Origin: Eledone cirrhosa
Taxonomy: Eukaryota
Direction of reading: 5' to 3'
NCBI GenBank assembly: GCA_964016885.1
Contig: OZ024744.1
Span: 124,186,001 to 124,250,000 of the forward strand
DNA: 64,000 bases
The position numbers were made by a program, and so were the translations under genes. Shown here in pieces: positions 26,401 to 41,100 of this stretch (position 1 is its first letter; each line of letters starts with the position of its first letter). The notes beneath the pieces were generated by a model that ran no database searches, had not been told where the DNA came from, and saw nothing but the letters and a program-made list of their open reading frames with translations.

Positions 26401-29400
26401 TAGGACAATAGTCTGTAATAAATTGTCCAACCCATGACAGGTAGGACAATAGTCTGTAATAACTTGTCCAACCCATGACAGGTAGGACAATAATCTGTAA
26501 TAACTTGTCTAACCCATGACAGGTAGGACAATAGTCTGTAATAACTTGGCCAACCCATGACAGGTAGGACAATAGTCTGTAATAACTTGTCCAACCCATG
26601 ACAGGTAGGACAATAGTCTGTAATAACTTGTCCAACCCATGTATGTAGGACAATAGTCTGTAATAACTTCTCCAACCCATGACAGGTAAGACAATACTCT
26701 GTAATAACTTGTCGAACCCATGACGGGTAGGACAATAGTCTGTAATAACTCGTCCAACCCATGTATGTAGGACAAATGTCTGTAATAACTTGTCCAACCC
26801 ATGACAGGTAAGACAATATTCTGTAATAACTTGTTCAACCCATGACAGGTAGGACAATAGTCTGTAATAACTCGTCCAACCCATGTATGTAGGACAATAG
26901 TCTGTAATAACTTGTCCAACCCATGACAGGTAAGACAATATTCTGTAATAACTTGTCCAACCCATGTATGTAAGACAATAGTCTGTAATAACTTGTCCAA
27001 CCCAATTCAGGTAGGACAATAGTCTAATAACTTGTCCAACTAATGACAGGTAGGACAATAGTCTGTAATAACTTGTCCAAACCATGTATTTAGGACAATA
27101 GTCTGTAATAACTTGTCCAAGCCATGACAGGTAGGACAATAGTCTGTAATAACTTGTCCAACCCATGACAGGTAGGACAATAGTCTGTAATACCTTGTCC
27201 AACCAATGACAGGTAGGACAATAGTCTGTAACAACTTGTCCAACCCATGTATGTAGGACAATACTCTGTAATAACTTGCCCAACCCATGTATGTAGGACA
27301 ATAGTCTGTAATAACTTGTCCAACCCATGACAGGTAGGACAATAGTCTGTAATAACTTGTCCATCCCATGACAGGTAGGACAATAGTCTGTAATAACTTG
27401 TCCAACCCATGACAGCTAGGACAATAGTCTGTAATAACTTGTCCAACCCATGACAGGTAGGACAATAGTCTGTAATAACTTGTCCAACTCATGACAGGTA
27501 GGACAATAGTCTGTAATAACTTGTCCAACCCATGTATTTAGGACAATAGTCTGTAATAACTTGTCCAAGCCATGACAGGTAGGACAATAGTCTGTAATAA
27601 CTTGTGCAACCCATGACAGGTAGGACAATAGTCTGTAATACCATGTCCAACCAATGACAGGTAGGACAATAGTCTGTAATAACTTGTCCAACCCATGTAT
27701 GTAGGACAATACTCTGTAATAACTTGCCCAACCCATGTATGTAGGACAATAGTCTGTAATAACTTGTCCAACCCATGACAGGTAGGACAATAGTCTGTAA
27801 TAACCTGTCCATCCCATGACAGGTAGGACAATAGTCTGTAATAACTTGTCCAACCCATGACAGCTAGGACAATAGTCTGTAATAACTTGTCCAACCCATG
27901 ACAGTTAGGACAATAGTCTGTAATAACTTGTCCAACCCATGACATGTAGGACAATAGTCTGTAATAACTTGTCCAACCCATGACAGGTAGGACAATAGTC
28001 TGTAATAACTTGTCCAACCCATGACATGTAGGACACTAGTCTGTAATAACTTGTCTAACCCATGTATGTAGGACAATAGTCTGTAATAACTTGTCCAACC
28101 CATGCATGTAGGACAATAGTCTGTAATAACTTGTCCAACCCATGTATGTAGGACAATAGTCCGTAATAACTTGTCCAACCCATGACAGGTAGGACAATAG
28201 CCTGGAATAACTTGTCCCTCCCATGACAGGTAGGACAATAGTCTGTAATAACTTGTCCAACCCATGACAGCTAGGACAATAGTCTGTAATAACTTGTCCA
28301 ACCCATGACAGGTAGGACAATAGTCTGTAATAACTTGTACAACCCATGACATGTAGGACAATAGTCAGTAATAACTTGTCCAACCCATGACAGGTAGGAC
28401 AATAGTCTGTAATAACTTGTCCAACCCATGTATGTAGGACAATAGTCTGTAATAAATTGTCCAACCCATGACAGGTAGGACAATAGTCTGTAATAACTTG
28501 TCCAACCCATGACAGGTAGGACAATAATCTGTAATAACTTGTCTAACCCATGACAGGTAGGACAATAGTCTGTAATAACTTGGCCAACCCATGACAGGTA
28601 GGACAATAGTCTGTAATAACTTGTCCAACCCATGACAGGTAGGACAATAGTCTGTAATAACTTGTCCAACCCATGTATGTAGGACAATAGTCTGTAATAA
28701 CTTCTCCAACCCATGACAGGTAAGACAATACTCTGTAATAACTTGTCGAACCCATGACGGGTAGGACAATAGTCTGTAATAACTCGTCCAACCCATGTAT
28801 GTAGGACAAATGTCTGTAATAACTTGTCCAACCCATGACAGGTAAGACAATATTCTGTAATAACTTGTTCAACCCATGACAGGTAGGACAATAGTCTGTA
28901 ATAACTCGTCCAACCCATGTATGTAGGACAATAGTCTGTAATAACTTGTCCAACCCATGACAGGTAAGACAATATTCTGTAATAACTTGTCCAACCCATG
29001 TATGTAAGACAATAGTCTGTAATAACTTGTCCAACCCAATTCAGGTAGGACAATAGTCTAATAACTTGTCCAACTAATGACAGGTAGGACAATAGTCTGT
29101 AATAACTTGTCCAAACCATGTATTTAGGACAATAGTCTGTAATAACTTGTCCAAGCCATGACAGGTAGGACAATAGTCTGTAATAACTTGTCCAACCCAT
29201 AACAGGTAGGACAATAGTCTGTAATACCTTGTCCAACCAATGACAGGTAGGACAATAGTCTGTAACAACTTGTCCAACCCATGTATGTAGGACAATACTC
29301 TGTAATAACTTGCCCAACCCATGTATGTAGGACAATAGTCTGTAATAACTTGTCCAACCCATGACAGGTAGGACAATAGTCTGTAATAACTTGTCCATCC

Positions 29401-29490
29401 CATGACAGGTAGGACAATAGTCTGTAATAACTTGTCCAACCCATGACAGCTAGGACAATAGTCTGTAATAACTTGTCCAACCCATGACAG
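23455..29490. repeat. Three tandem copies of an about 2.03-2.08-kb higher-order repeat (sub-family I)
   Basis: CAATTCAGG at 24928, 27003 and 29037 (spacings 2075 and 2034, differing by one 41-bp monomer). Matching 375-aa ORFs at 24162, 26237 and 28271. Confidence 0.92.
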
Positions 29491-32400
29491 GTAGCACAAT
29501 AGTCTGTAATAACTTGTCCAACCCATGACATGTAGGACAATAGTCCGTAATAACTTGTCCAACCCATGACAGGTAGGACAATAGTCTGTAATAACTTATC
29601 GAACCCATGTATGTAGGACAATAGTCTGTAATAAATTGTCCAACCCATGACAGGTAGGACAATAGTCTGTAATAACTTGTCCAACCCATGACAGGTAGGA
29701 CAATAATCTGTAATAACTTGTCTAACCCATGTATGTAGGACAATAGTCTGTAATAACTTCTCCAACCCATGCATGTAGGACAATAGTCTGTAATAACTTG
29801 TCCAACCCATGTATGTAGGACAATAGTCTGTAATAACTTGTCCAACCCATGACAGGTAGGACAATAGTCTGTAATAACTTGTCCATCCCATGACAGGTAG
29901 GACAATAGTCTGTAATAACTTGTCCAACCCATGACAGCTAGGACAATAGTCTGTAATAACTTGTCCAACCCATGACAGGTAGGACAATAGTCTGTAATAA
30001 CTTGTCCAACCCATGACATGTAGGACAATAGTCAGTAATAACTTGTCCAACCCATGACAGGTAGGACAATAGTCTGTAATAACTTGTCGAACCCATGTAT
30101 GTAGGACAATAGTCTGTAATAAATTGTCCAACCCATGACAGGTAGGACAATAGTCTGTAATAACTTGTACAACCCATGACAGGTAGGACAATAATCTGTA
30201 ATAACTTGTCTAACCCATGACAGGTTGGACAATAGTCTGTAATAACTTGTCCAACCCATGACAGGTAGGACAATAGTCTGTAATACCTTGTCCAACCAAT
30301 GACAGGTAGGAGAATAGTCTGTAATAACTTGTCCAACCCATAACAGGTAGGACAATAGTCTGTAATACCATGTCCAACCAATGACAGGTAGGACAATAGT
30401 CTGTAATAACTTGTCCAACCCATGTATGTAGGACAATAGTCTGTAATAACTTGTCCAACCCATGTATGTAGGACAATAGTCTGTAATAACTTGCCCAACC
30501 CATGACAGGTAGGACAATAGTCTGTAATAACTTGTCCAACCCATGACAGGTAGGACAATAGTCGGTAATAACTTGTCCAACCCATGACAAGTAGGACAAT
30601 AGTCTGTAATAACTTGTCCAACCCATGACAGGTAGGACAATAGTCTGTAATAACTTGTCCAACCCATGACAGGTAGGACAATAGTCTGTAATAACTTGTC
30701 CAACCCATGACAGCTAGGACAATAGTCTGTAATAACTTGTCCAACCCATGTATGTAGGACAATAGTCTGTAATAACTTGTCCAACCCATGTATGTAGGAC
30801 AATAGTCTGTAATAACTTGTCCAACCCATGTATGTAGGACAATAGTCTGTAATAACTTGTCCAACCCATGTATTTACCACAATAGTCTGTAATAACTTGT
30901 CCAACCCATGACAGCTAGGACAATAGTCTGTAATAACTTGTCCAACCCATGTATGTAGGACAATAGTCTGTAATACCTCGTCCAACCCATGACAGGTAGG
31001 ACAATAGTCTGTAATAACTTGTCCAACCCATGACAGGTAGGACAATAGTCTGTAATAACTTGGCCAACCCATGACAGGTAGGACAATAGTCTGTAATAAC
31101 TTGTCCAACCCATGACAGGTAGGACAATAGTCTGTAATAACTCGTCCAACCCATGTATGTAGGACAATAGTCTGTAATAACTTGTCCAACCCATGCCAGG
31201 TAAGACAATATTCTGTAATAACTTGTCCAACCCAATTCAGGTAGGACAATAGTCTAATAACTTGTCCAACTCATGACAGGTAGGACAATAGTCTGTAATA
31301 ACTTGTCCAACCCATGTATTTAGGACAATAGTCTGTAATAACTTGTCCAAGCCATGACAGGTAGGACAATAGTCTGTAATAACTTGTGCAACCCATGACA
31401 GGTAGGACAATAGTCTGTAATACCATGTCCAACCAATGACAGGTAGGACAATAGTCTGTAATAACTTGTCCAACCCATGACAGGTAGGACAATAGTCTGT
31501 AATAACTTGTCCATCCCATGACAGGTAGGACAATAGTCTGTAATAACTTGTCCAACCCATGACAGCTAGGACAATAGTCTGTAATAACTTGTCCAACCCA
31601 TGACAGTTAGGACAATAGTCTGTAATAACTTGTCCAACCCATGACATGTAGGACAATAGTCTGTAATAACTTGTCCAACCCATGAGAGGTAGGACAATAG
31701 TCTGTAATAACTTGTCGAACCCATGTATGTAGGACAATAGTCTGTAATAAATTGTCCAACCCATGACAGGTAGGACAATAGTCTGTAATAACTTGTCCAA
31801 CCCATGACAGGTAGGACAATAATCTGTAATAACTTGTCTAACCCATGTATGTAGGACAATAGTCTGTAATAACTTGTACAACCCATGCATGTAGGACAAT
31901 AGTCTGTAATAACTTGTCCAACCCATGTATGTAGGACAATAGTCCGTAATAACTTGTCCAACCCATGACAGGTAGGACAATAGTCTGTAATAACTTGTCC
32001 CTCCCATGACAGGTAGGACAATAGTCTGTAATAACTTGTCCAACCCATGACAGCTAGGACAATAGTCTGTAATAACTTGTCCAACCCATGACAGGTAGGA
32101 CAATAGTCTGTAATAACTTGTACAACCCATGACATGTAGGACAATAGTCAGTAATAACTTGTCCAACCCATGACAGGTAGGACAATAGTCTGTAATAACT
32201 TGTCCAACCCATGTATGTAGGACAATAGTCTGTAATAAATTGTCCAACCCATGACAGGTAGGACAATAGTCTGTAATAACTTGTCCAACCCATGACAGCT
32301 AGGACAATAATCTGTAATAACTTGTCTAACCCATGACAGGTAGGACAATAGTCTGTAATAACTTGTCCAACCCATGTATGTAGGACAATAGTCTGTAATA

Positions 32401-35132
32401 ACTTGTTCAACCCATGAAAGGTAGGTCAATAGTCTGTAATAACTTGTCCAACCCATGTATGTAGGACAATAGTCTGTAATAACTTGTCCAACCCATGACA
32501 TGTAGGACAATAGTCTGTAATAACTTGTCCAACCCATGACAGGTAGGACAATAGTCTGTAATACCTTGTCCAACCAATGAGAGGTAGGAGAATAGTCTGT
32601 AATAACTTGTCCAACCCATAACAGGTAGGACAATAGTCTGTAATACCTTGTCCAACCAATGACAGGTAGGACAATAGTCTGTAATAACTTGTCCAACCCA
32701 TGACAGGTAGGACAATAGTCTGTAATAACTTGTCCAACCCATGTATGTAGGACAATAGTCTGTAATAACTTGTCCAAACCATGACAGGTAGGACAATAGT
32801 CTGTAATAACTTGTCCAACCCATGACAGGTAGGACAATAGTCTGTAATAACTTGTCCAACCCATGTATGTAGGACAATAGTGTGTAATAACTTGTCCAAC
32901 CCATGACAGGTAGGACAATAGTCTGTAATAACTTGTCCAACCCATGACAGGTAGGACGATAGTCTGTAATAACTTGTCCAACCCATGTATGTAGGTCAAT
33001 AGCCTGTAATAACTTGTCCAATCCATGACAGGTAGGACAATAGTCTGTAATAACTTGTCCAACCCATGACAAGTAGGACAATAGTCTGTAATAACTTGTT
33101 CATCCCATGTATGTAGGACAATAGTCTGTAATAACTTGTCCAACCCATGACAGGTAGGACAATAGTCTGTAATAACTTGTCCAACCCATGTATGTAGGAC
33201 AATAGTCTGTAATAACTTGTCCAACCCATGACATGTAGGACAATAGTCTGTAATAACTTGTCCAACCCATGTATGTAGGACAATAGTCTGTAATAACTTG
33301 TCCAACCCATGACAGGTAGGACAATAGTCTGTAATAACTTGTCCAACCCATGTATGTAGGACAATAGTCTGTAATAACTTGTCCAACCGATGACAGGTAG
33401 GACAATAGTCTGTAATAACTTGTCCAACCCATGACAGGTAGGACAATAGTCTGTAATAACTTGTCCAACCATTGTATGTACGACAATAGTCTGTAATAAC
33501 TTGCCTAACCCATGTATGTAGGACAATAGTCTGTAATAACTTGTCCAACCCATGTATGTAGGACAATAGTCTATAATAACTTTTTCAACCCATGTATGTA
33601 GGACAATAGTCTGTAATAACTTGTCCAACCCATGACAGGTAGGACAATAGTCTGTAATACCTCGTCCAACCCATGACAGGTAGGACAATAGTCTGTAATA
33701 CCTCGTCCAACCCATGACAAGTAGGGCAATAGTCTGTAATAAATTGTCCAACCTATGACAGGTAGGACAATAGTCTGTAATAACTTGTCCAACCCATGTA
33801 TGCAGGACAATAGTCTGTAATAACTTATCCAACCCATGACACGTAGGACAATAGTCTGTAATAACTTATCCAACCCATGGGAGGTAGGGCAATAGTCTGT
33901 AATAACTTGTCGAACGCATGTATGCAGGACAATAGTCTGTAATAACTTGTCCAACCCATGACAGGTAGGACAATAGTCTGTAATAACTTGTCCAACCCAT
34001 GCATGTAGGACAATAGTCTGTAATAACTTGTCCAACCCATGTATGTAGGACAGTAGTCTGTAATACCTTGTCCAACCAATGACAGGTAGGAGAATAGTCT
34101 GTAATAACTTGTCCAACCCATAACAGGTAGGACAATAGTCTGTAATACCATGTCCAACCAATGACAGGTAGGACAATAGTCTGTAATAACTTGTCCAACC
34201 CATGTATGTAGGACAATAGTCTGTAATAACTTGTCCAACCCATGTATGTAGGACAATAGTCTGTAATAACTTGCCCAACCCATGACAGGTAGGACAATAG
34301 TCTGTAATAACTTGTCCAACCCATGACAGGTAGGACAATAGTCGGTAATAACTTGTCCAACCCATGATAAGTATGACAATAGTCTGTAATAACTTGTCCA
34401 ACCCATGACAGGTAGGACAATAGTCTGTAATAACTTGTCCAACCCATGACAGGTAGGACAATAGTCTGTAATAACTTGTCCAACCCATGACAGCTAGGAC
34501 AATCGTCTGTAATAACTTGTCCAACCCATGTATGTAGGACAATAGTCTGTAATAACTTGTCCAACCCATGTATGTAGGACAATAGTCTGTAATAACTTGT
34601 CCAACCCATGTATGTAGGACAATAGTCTGTAATAACTTGTCCAACCCATGTATGTACCACAATAGTGTGTAATAACTTGTCCATCCCATGACAGCTAGGA
34701 CAATAGTCTGTAATAACTTGTCCAACCCATGACAGGTAGGACAATAGTCTGTAATAACTTGTACAACCCATGACATGTAGGACAATAGTCAGTAATAACT
34801 TGTCCAACCCATGACAGGTAGGACAATAGTCTGTAATAACTTGTCCAACCCATGTATGTAGGACAATAGTCTGTAATAAATTGTCCAACCCATGACAGGT
34901 AGGACAATAGTCTGTAATAACTTGTCCAACCCATGACAGCTAGGACAATAATCTGTAATAACTTGTCTAACCCATGACAGGTAGGACAATAGTCTGTAAT
35001 AACTTGTCCAACCCATGTATGTAGGACAATAGTCTGTAATAACTTGTTCAACCCATGAAAGGTAGGTCAATAGTCTGTAATAACTTGTCCAACCCATGTA
35101 TGTAGGACAATAGTCTGTAATAACTTGTCCAA
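27958..35132. repeat. About 7.2-kb block, copy 2 (lacks two 40-bp monomers near 31480 relative to copy 1)
   Basis: Same variant order as 16205-23459. The offset drops by exactly 80 bp where the two TATG monomers seen at about 19720-19800 are absent. Confidence 0.9.
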
Positions 35133-38100
35133 CCCATGACATGTAGGACAATAGTCTGTAATAACTTGTCCAACCCATGACAGGTAGGACAATAGTCTGT
35201 AATACCTTGTCCAACCAATGACAGGTAGGAGAATAGTCTGTAATAACTTGTCCAACCCATGACATGTAGGACAATAGTCTGTAATAACTTGTCCAACCCA
35301 TGAGAGGTAGGACAATAGTCTGTAATAACTTGTCGAACCCATGTATGTAGGACAATAGTCTGTAATAAATTGTCCAACCCATGACAGGTAGGACAATAGT
35401 CTGTAATAACTTGTCCAACCCATGACAGGTAGGACAATAATCTGTAATAACTTGTCTAACCCATGTATGTAGGACAATAGTCTGTAATAACTTGTACAAC
35501 CCATGCATGTAGGACAATAGTCTGTAATAACTTGTCCAACCCATGTATGTAGGACAATAGTCCGTAATAACTTGTCCAACCCATGACAGGTAGGACAATA
35601 GTCTGTAATAACTTGTCCCTCCCATGACAGGTAGGACAATAGTCTGTAATAACTTGTCCAACCCATGACAGCTAGGACAATAGTCTGTAATAACTTGTCC
35701 AACCCATGTATGTAGGACAATAGTCTGTAATAACTTGTCCAACCCATGACATGTAGGACAATAGTCTGTAATAACTTGTCCAACCCATGTATGTAGGACA
35801 ATAGTCTGTAATAACTTGTCCAACCCATGACAGGTAGGACAATAGTCTGTAATAACTTGTCCAACCCATGTATGTAGGACAATAGTCTGTAATAACTTGT
35901 CCAACCGATGACAGGTAGGACAATAGTCTGTAATAACTTGTCCAACCCATGACAGGTAGGACAATAGTCTGTAATAACTTGTCCAACCATTGTATGTACG
36001 ACAATAGTCTGTAATAACTTGCCTAACCCATGTATGTAGGACAATAGTCTGTAATAACTTGTCCAACCCATGTATGTAGGACAATAGTCTATAATAACTT
36101 TTTCAACCCATGTATGTAGGACAATAGTCTGTAATAACTTGTCCAACCCATGACAGGTAGGACAATAGTCTGTAATACCTCGTCCAACCCATGACAGGTA
36201 GGACAATAGTCTGTAATACCTCGTCCAACCCATGACAAGTAGGGCAATAGTCTGTAATAAATTGTCCAACCTATGACAGGTAGGACAATAGTCTGTAATA
36301 ACTTGTCCAACCCATGTATGCAGGACAATAGTCTGTAATAACTTATCCAACCCATGACACGTAGGACAATAGTCTGTAATAACTTATCCAACCCATGGGA
36401 GGTAGGGCAATAGTCTGTAATAACTTGTCGAACGCATGTATGCAGGACAATAGTCTGTAATAACTTGTCCAACCCATGACAGGTAGGACAATAGTCTGTA
36501 ATAACTTGTCCAACCCATGCATGTAGGACAATAGTCTGTAATAACTTGTCCAACCCATGTATGTAGGACAGTAGTCTGTAATACCTTGTCCATCCAATGA
36601 CAGGTAGGAGAATAGTCTGTAATAACTTGTCCAACCCATAACAGGTAGGACAATAGTCTGTAATACCATGTCCAACCAATGACAGGTAGGACAATAGTCT
36701 GTAATAACTTGTCCAACCCATGTATGTAGGACAATAGTCTGTAATAACTTGTCCAACCCATGTATGTAGGACAATAGTCTGTAATAACTTGCCCAACCCA
36801 TGACAGGTAGGACAATAGTCTGTAATAACTTGTCCAACCCATGACAGGTAGGACAATAGTCGGTAATAACTTGTCCAACCCATGATAAGTATGACAATAG
36901 TCTGTAATAACTTGTCCAACCCATGACAGGTAGGACAATAGTCTGTAATAACTTGTCCAACCCATGACAGGTAGGACAATAGTCTGTAATAACTTGTCCA
37001 ACCCATGTATGTACCACAATAGTGTGTAATAACTTGTCCATCCCATGACAGCTAGGACAATAGTCTGTAATAACTTGTCCAACCCATGACAGGTAGGACA
37101 ATAGTCTGTAATAACTTGTACAACCCATGACATGTAGGACAATAGTCAGTAATAACTTGTCCAACCCATGACAGGTAGGACAATAGTCTGTAATAACTTG
37201 TCCAACCCATGTATGTAGGACAATAGTCTGTAATAAATTGTCCAACCCATGACAGGTAGGACAATAGTCTGTAATAACTTGTCCAACCCATGACAGCTAG
37301 GAGAATAATCTGTAATAACTTGTCTAACCCATGACAGGTAGGACAATAGTCTGTAATAACTTGTCCAACCCATGTATGTAGGACAATAGTCTGTAATAAC
37401 TTGTTCAACCCATGAAAGGTAGGTCAATAGTCTGTAATAACTTGTCCAACCCATGTATGTAGGACAATAGTCTGTAATAACTTGTCCAACCCATGACATG
37501 TAGGACAATAGTCTGTAATAACTTGTCCAACCCATGACAGGTAGGACAATAGTCTGTAATACCTTGTCCAACCAATGACAGGTAGGAGAATAGTCTGTAA
37601 TAACTTGTCCAACCCATGACATGTAGGACAATAGTCTGTAATAACTTGTCCAACCCATGAGAGGTAGGACAATAGTCTGTAATAACTTGTCGAACCCATG
37701 TATGTAGGACAATAGTCTGTAATAAATTGTCCAACCCATGACAGGTAGGGCAATAGTCTGTAATAACTTGTCCAACCCATGACAGGTAGGACAATAATCT
37801 GTAATAACTTGTCTAACCCATGTATGTAGGACAATAGTCTGTAATAACTTGTACAACCCATGCATGTAGGACAATAGTCTGTAATAACTTGTCCAACCCA
37901 TGTATGTAGGACAATAGTCCGTAATAACTTGTCCAACCCATGACAGGTAGGACAATAGTCTGTCATAACTTGTCCCTCCCATGACAGGTAGGACAATAGT
38001 CTGTAATAACTTGTCCAACCCATGACAGCTAGGACAATAGTCTGTAATAACTTGTCCAACCCATGACAGGTAGGACAATAGTCTGTAATAACTTGTACAA

Positions 38101-41100
38101 CCCATGACATGTAGGACAATAGTCAGTAATAACTTGTCCAACCCATGACAGGTAGGACAATAGTCTGTAATAACTTGTCCAACCCATGTATGTAGGACAA
38201 TAGTCTGTAATAAATTGTCCAACCCATGACAGGTAGGACAATAGTCTGTAATAACTTGTCCAACCCATGACAGCTAGGACAATAATCTGTAATAACTTGT
38301 CTAACCCATGACAGGTAGGACAATAGTCTGTAATAACTTGTCCAACCCATGTATGTAGGACAATAGTCTGTAATAACTTGTTCAACCCATGAAAGGTAGG
38401 TCAATAGTCTGTAATAACTTGTCCAACCCATGTATGTAGGACAATAGTCTGTAATAACTTGTCCAACCCATGACATGTAGGACAATAGTCTGTAATAACT
38501 TGTCCAACCCATGACAGGTAGGACAATAGTCTGTAATACCTTGTCCAACCAATGAGAGGTAGGAGAATAGTCTGTAATAACTTGTCCAACCCATAACAGG
38601 TAGGACAATAGTCTGTAATACCTTGTCCAACCAATGACAGGTAGGACAATAGTCTGTAATAACTTGTCCAACCCATGACAGGTAGGACAATAGTCTGTAA
38701 TAACTTGTCCAACCCATGTATGTAGGACAATAGTCTGTAATAACTTGTCCAAACCATGACAGGTAGGACAATAGTCTGTAATAACTTGTCCAACCCATGA
38801 CAGGTAGGACAATAGTCTGTAATAACTTGTCCAACCCATGTATGTAGGACAATAGTGTGTAATAACTTGTCCAACCCATGACAGGTAGGACAATAGTCTG
38901 TAATAACTTGTCCAACCCATGACAGGTAGGACGATAGTCTGTAATAACTTTTCCAACCCATGTATGTAGGTCAATAGCCTGTAATAACTTGTCCAATCCA
39001 TGACAGGTAGGACAATAGTCTGTAATAACTTGTCCAACCCATGACAAGTAGGACAATAGTCTGTAATAACTTGTTCATCCCATGTATGTAGGACAATAGT
39101 CTGTAATAACTTGTCCAACCCATGACAGGTAGGACAATAGTCTGTAATAACTTGTCCAACCCATGTATGTAGGACAATAGTCTGTAATAACTTGTCCAAC
39201 CCATGACATGTAGGACAATAGTCTGTAATAACTTGTCCAACCCATGTATGTAGGACAATAGTCTGTAATAACTTGTCCAACCCATGACAGGTAGGACAAT
39301 AGTCTGTAATAACTTGTCCAACCCATGTATGTAGGACAATAGTCTGTAATAACTTGTCCAACCGATGACAGGTAGGACAATAGTCTGTAATAACTTGTCC
39401 AACCCATGACAGGTAGGACAATAGTCTGTAATAACTTGTCCAACCATTGTATGTACGACAATAGTCTGTAATAACTTGCCTAACCCATGTATGTAGGACA
39501 ATAGTCTGTAATAACTTGTCCAACCCATGTATGTAGGACAATAGTCTATAATAACTTTTTCAACCCATGTATGTAGGACAATAGTCTGTAATAACTTGTC
39601 CAACCCATGACAGGTAGGACAATAGTCTGTAATACCTCGTCCAACCCATGACAGGTAGGACAATAGTCTGTAATACCTCGTCCAACCCATGACAAGTAGG
39701 GCAATAGTCTGTAATAAATTGTCCAACCTATGACAGGTAGGACAATAGTCTGTAATAACTTGTCCAACCCATGTATGCAGGACAATAGTCTGTAATAACT
39801 TATCCAACCCATGACACGTAGGACAATAGTCTGTAATAACTTATCCAACCCATGGGAGGTAGGGCAATAGTCTGTAATAACTTGTCGAACGCATGTATGC
39901 AGGACAATAGTCTGTAATAACTTGTCCAACCCATGACAGGTAGGACAATAGTCTGTAATAACTTGTCCAACCCATGCATGTAGGACAATAGTCTGTAATA
40001 ACTTGTCCAACCCATGTATGTAGGACAGTAGTCTGTAATACCTTGTCCAACCAATGACAGGTAGGAGAATAGTCTGTAATAACTTGTCCAACCCATAACA
40101 GGTAGGACAATAGTCTGTAATACCATGTCCAACCAATGACAGGTAGGACAATAGTCTGTAATAACTTGTCCAACCCATGTATGTAGGACAATAGTCTGTA
40201 ATAACTTGTCCAACCCATGTATGTAGGACAATAGTCTGTAATAACTTGCCCAACCCATGACAGGTAGGACAATAGTCTGTAATAACTTGTCCAACCCATG
40301 ACAGGTAGGACAATAGTCGGTAATAACTTGTCCAACCCATGATAAGTATGACAATAGTCTGTAATAACTTGTCCAACCCATGACAGGTAGGACAATAGTC
40401 TGTAATAACTTGTCCAACCCATGACAGGTAGGACAATAGTCTGTAATAACTTGTCCAACCCATGACAGCTAGGACAATCGTCTGTAATAACTTGTCCAAC
40501 CCATGTATGTAGGACAATAGTCTGTAATAACTTGTCCAACCCATGTATGTAGGACAATAGTCTGTAATAACTTGTCCAACCCATGTATGTAGGACAATAG
40601 TCTGTAATAACTTGTCCAACCCATGTATGTACCACAATAGTGTGTAATAACTTGTCCATCCCATGACAGCTAGGACAATAGTCTGTAATAACTTGTCCAA
40701 CCCATGACAGGTAGGACAATAGTCTGTAATAACTTGTACAACCCATGACATGTAGGACAATAGTCAGTAATAACTTGTCCAACCCATGACAGGTAGGACA
40801 ATAGTCTGTAATAACTTGTCCAACCCATGTATGTAGGACAATAGTCTGTAATAAATTGTCCAACCCATGACAGGTAGGACAATAGTCTGTAATAACTTGT
40901 CCAACCCATGACAGCTAGGACAATAATCTGTAATAACTTGTCTAACCCATGACAGGTAGGACAATAGTCTGTAATAACTTGTCCAACCCATGTATGTAGG
41001 ACAATAGTCTGTAATAACTTGTTCAACCCATGAAAGGTAGGTCAATAGTCTGTAATAACTTGTCCAACCCATGTATGTAGGACAATAGTCTGTAATAACT

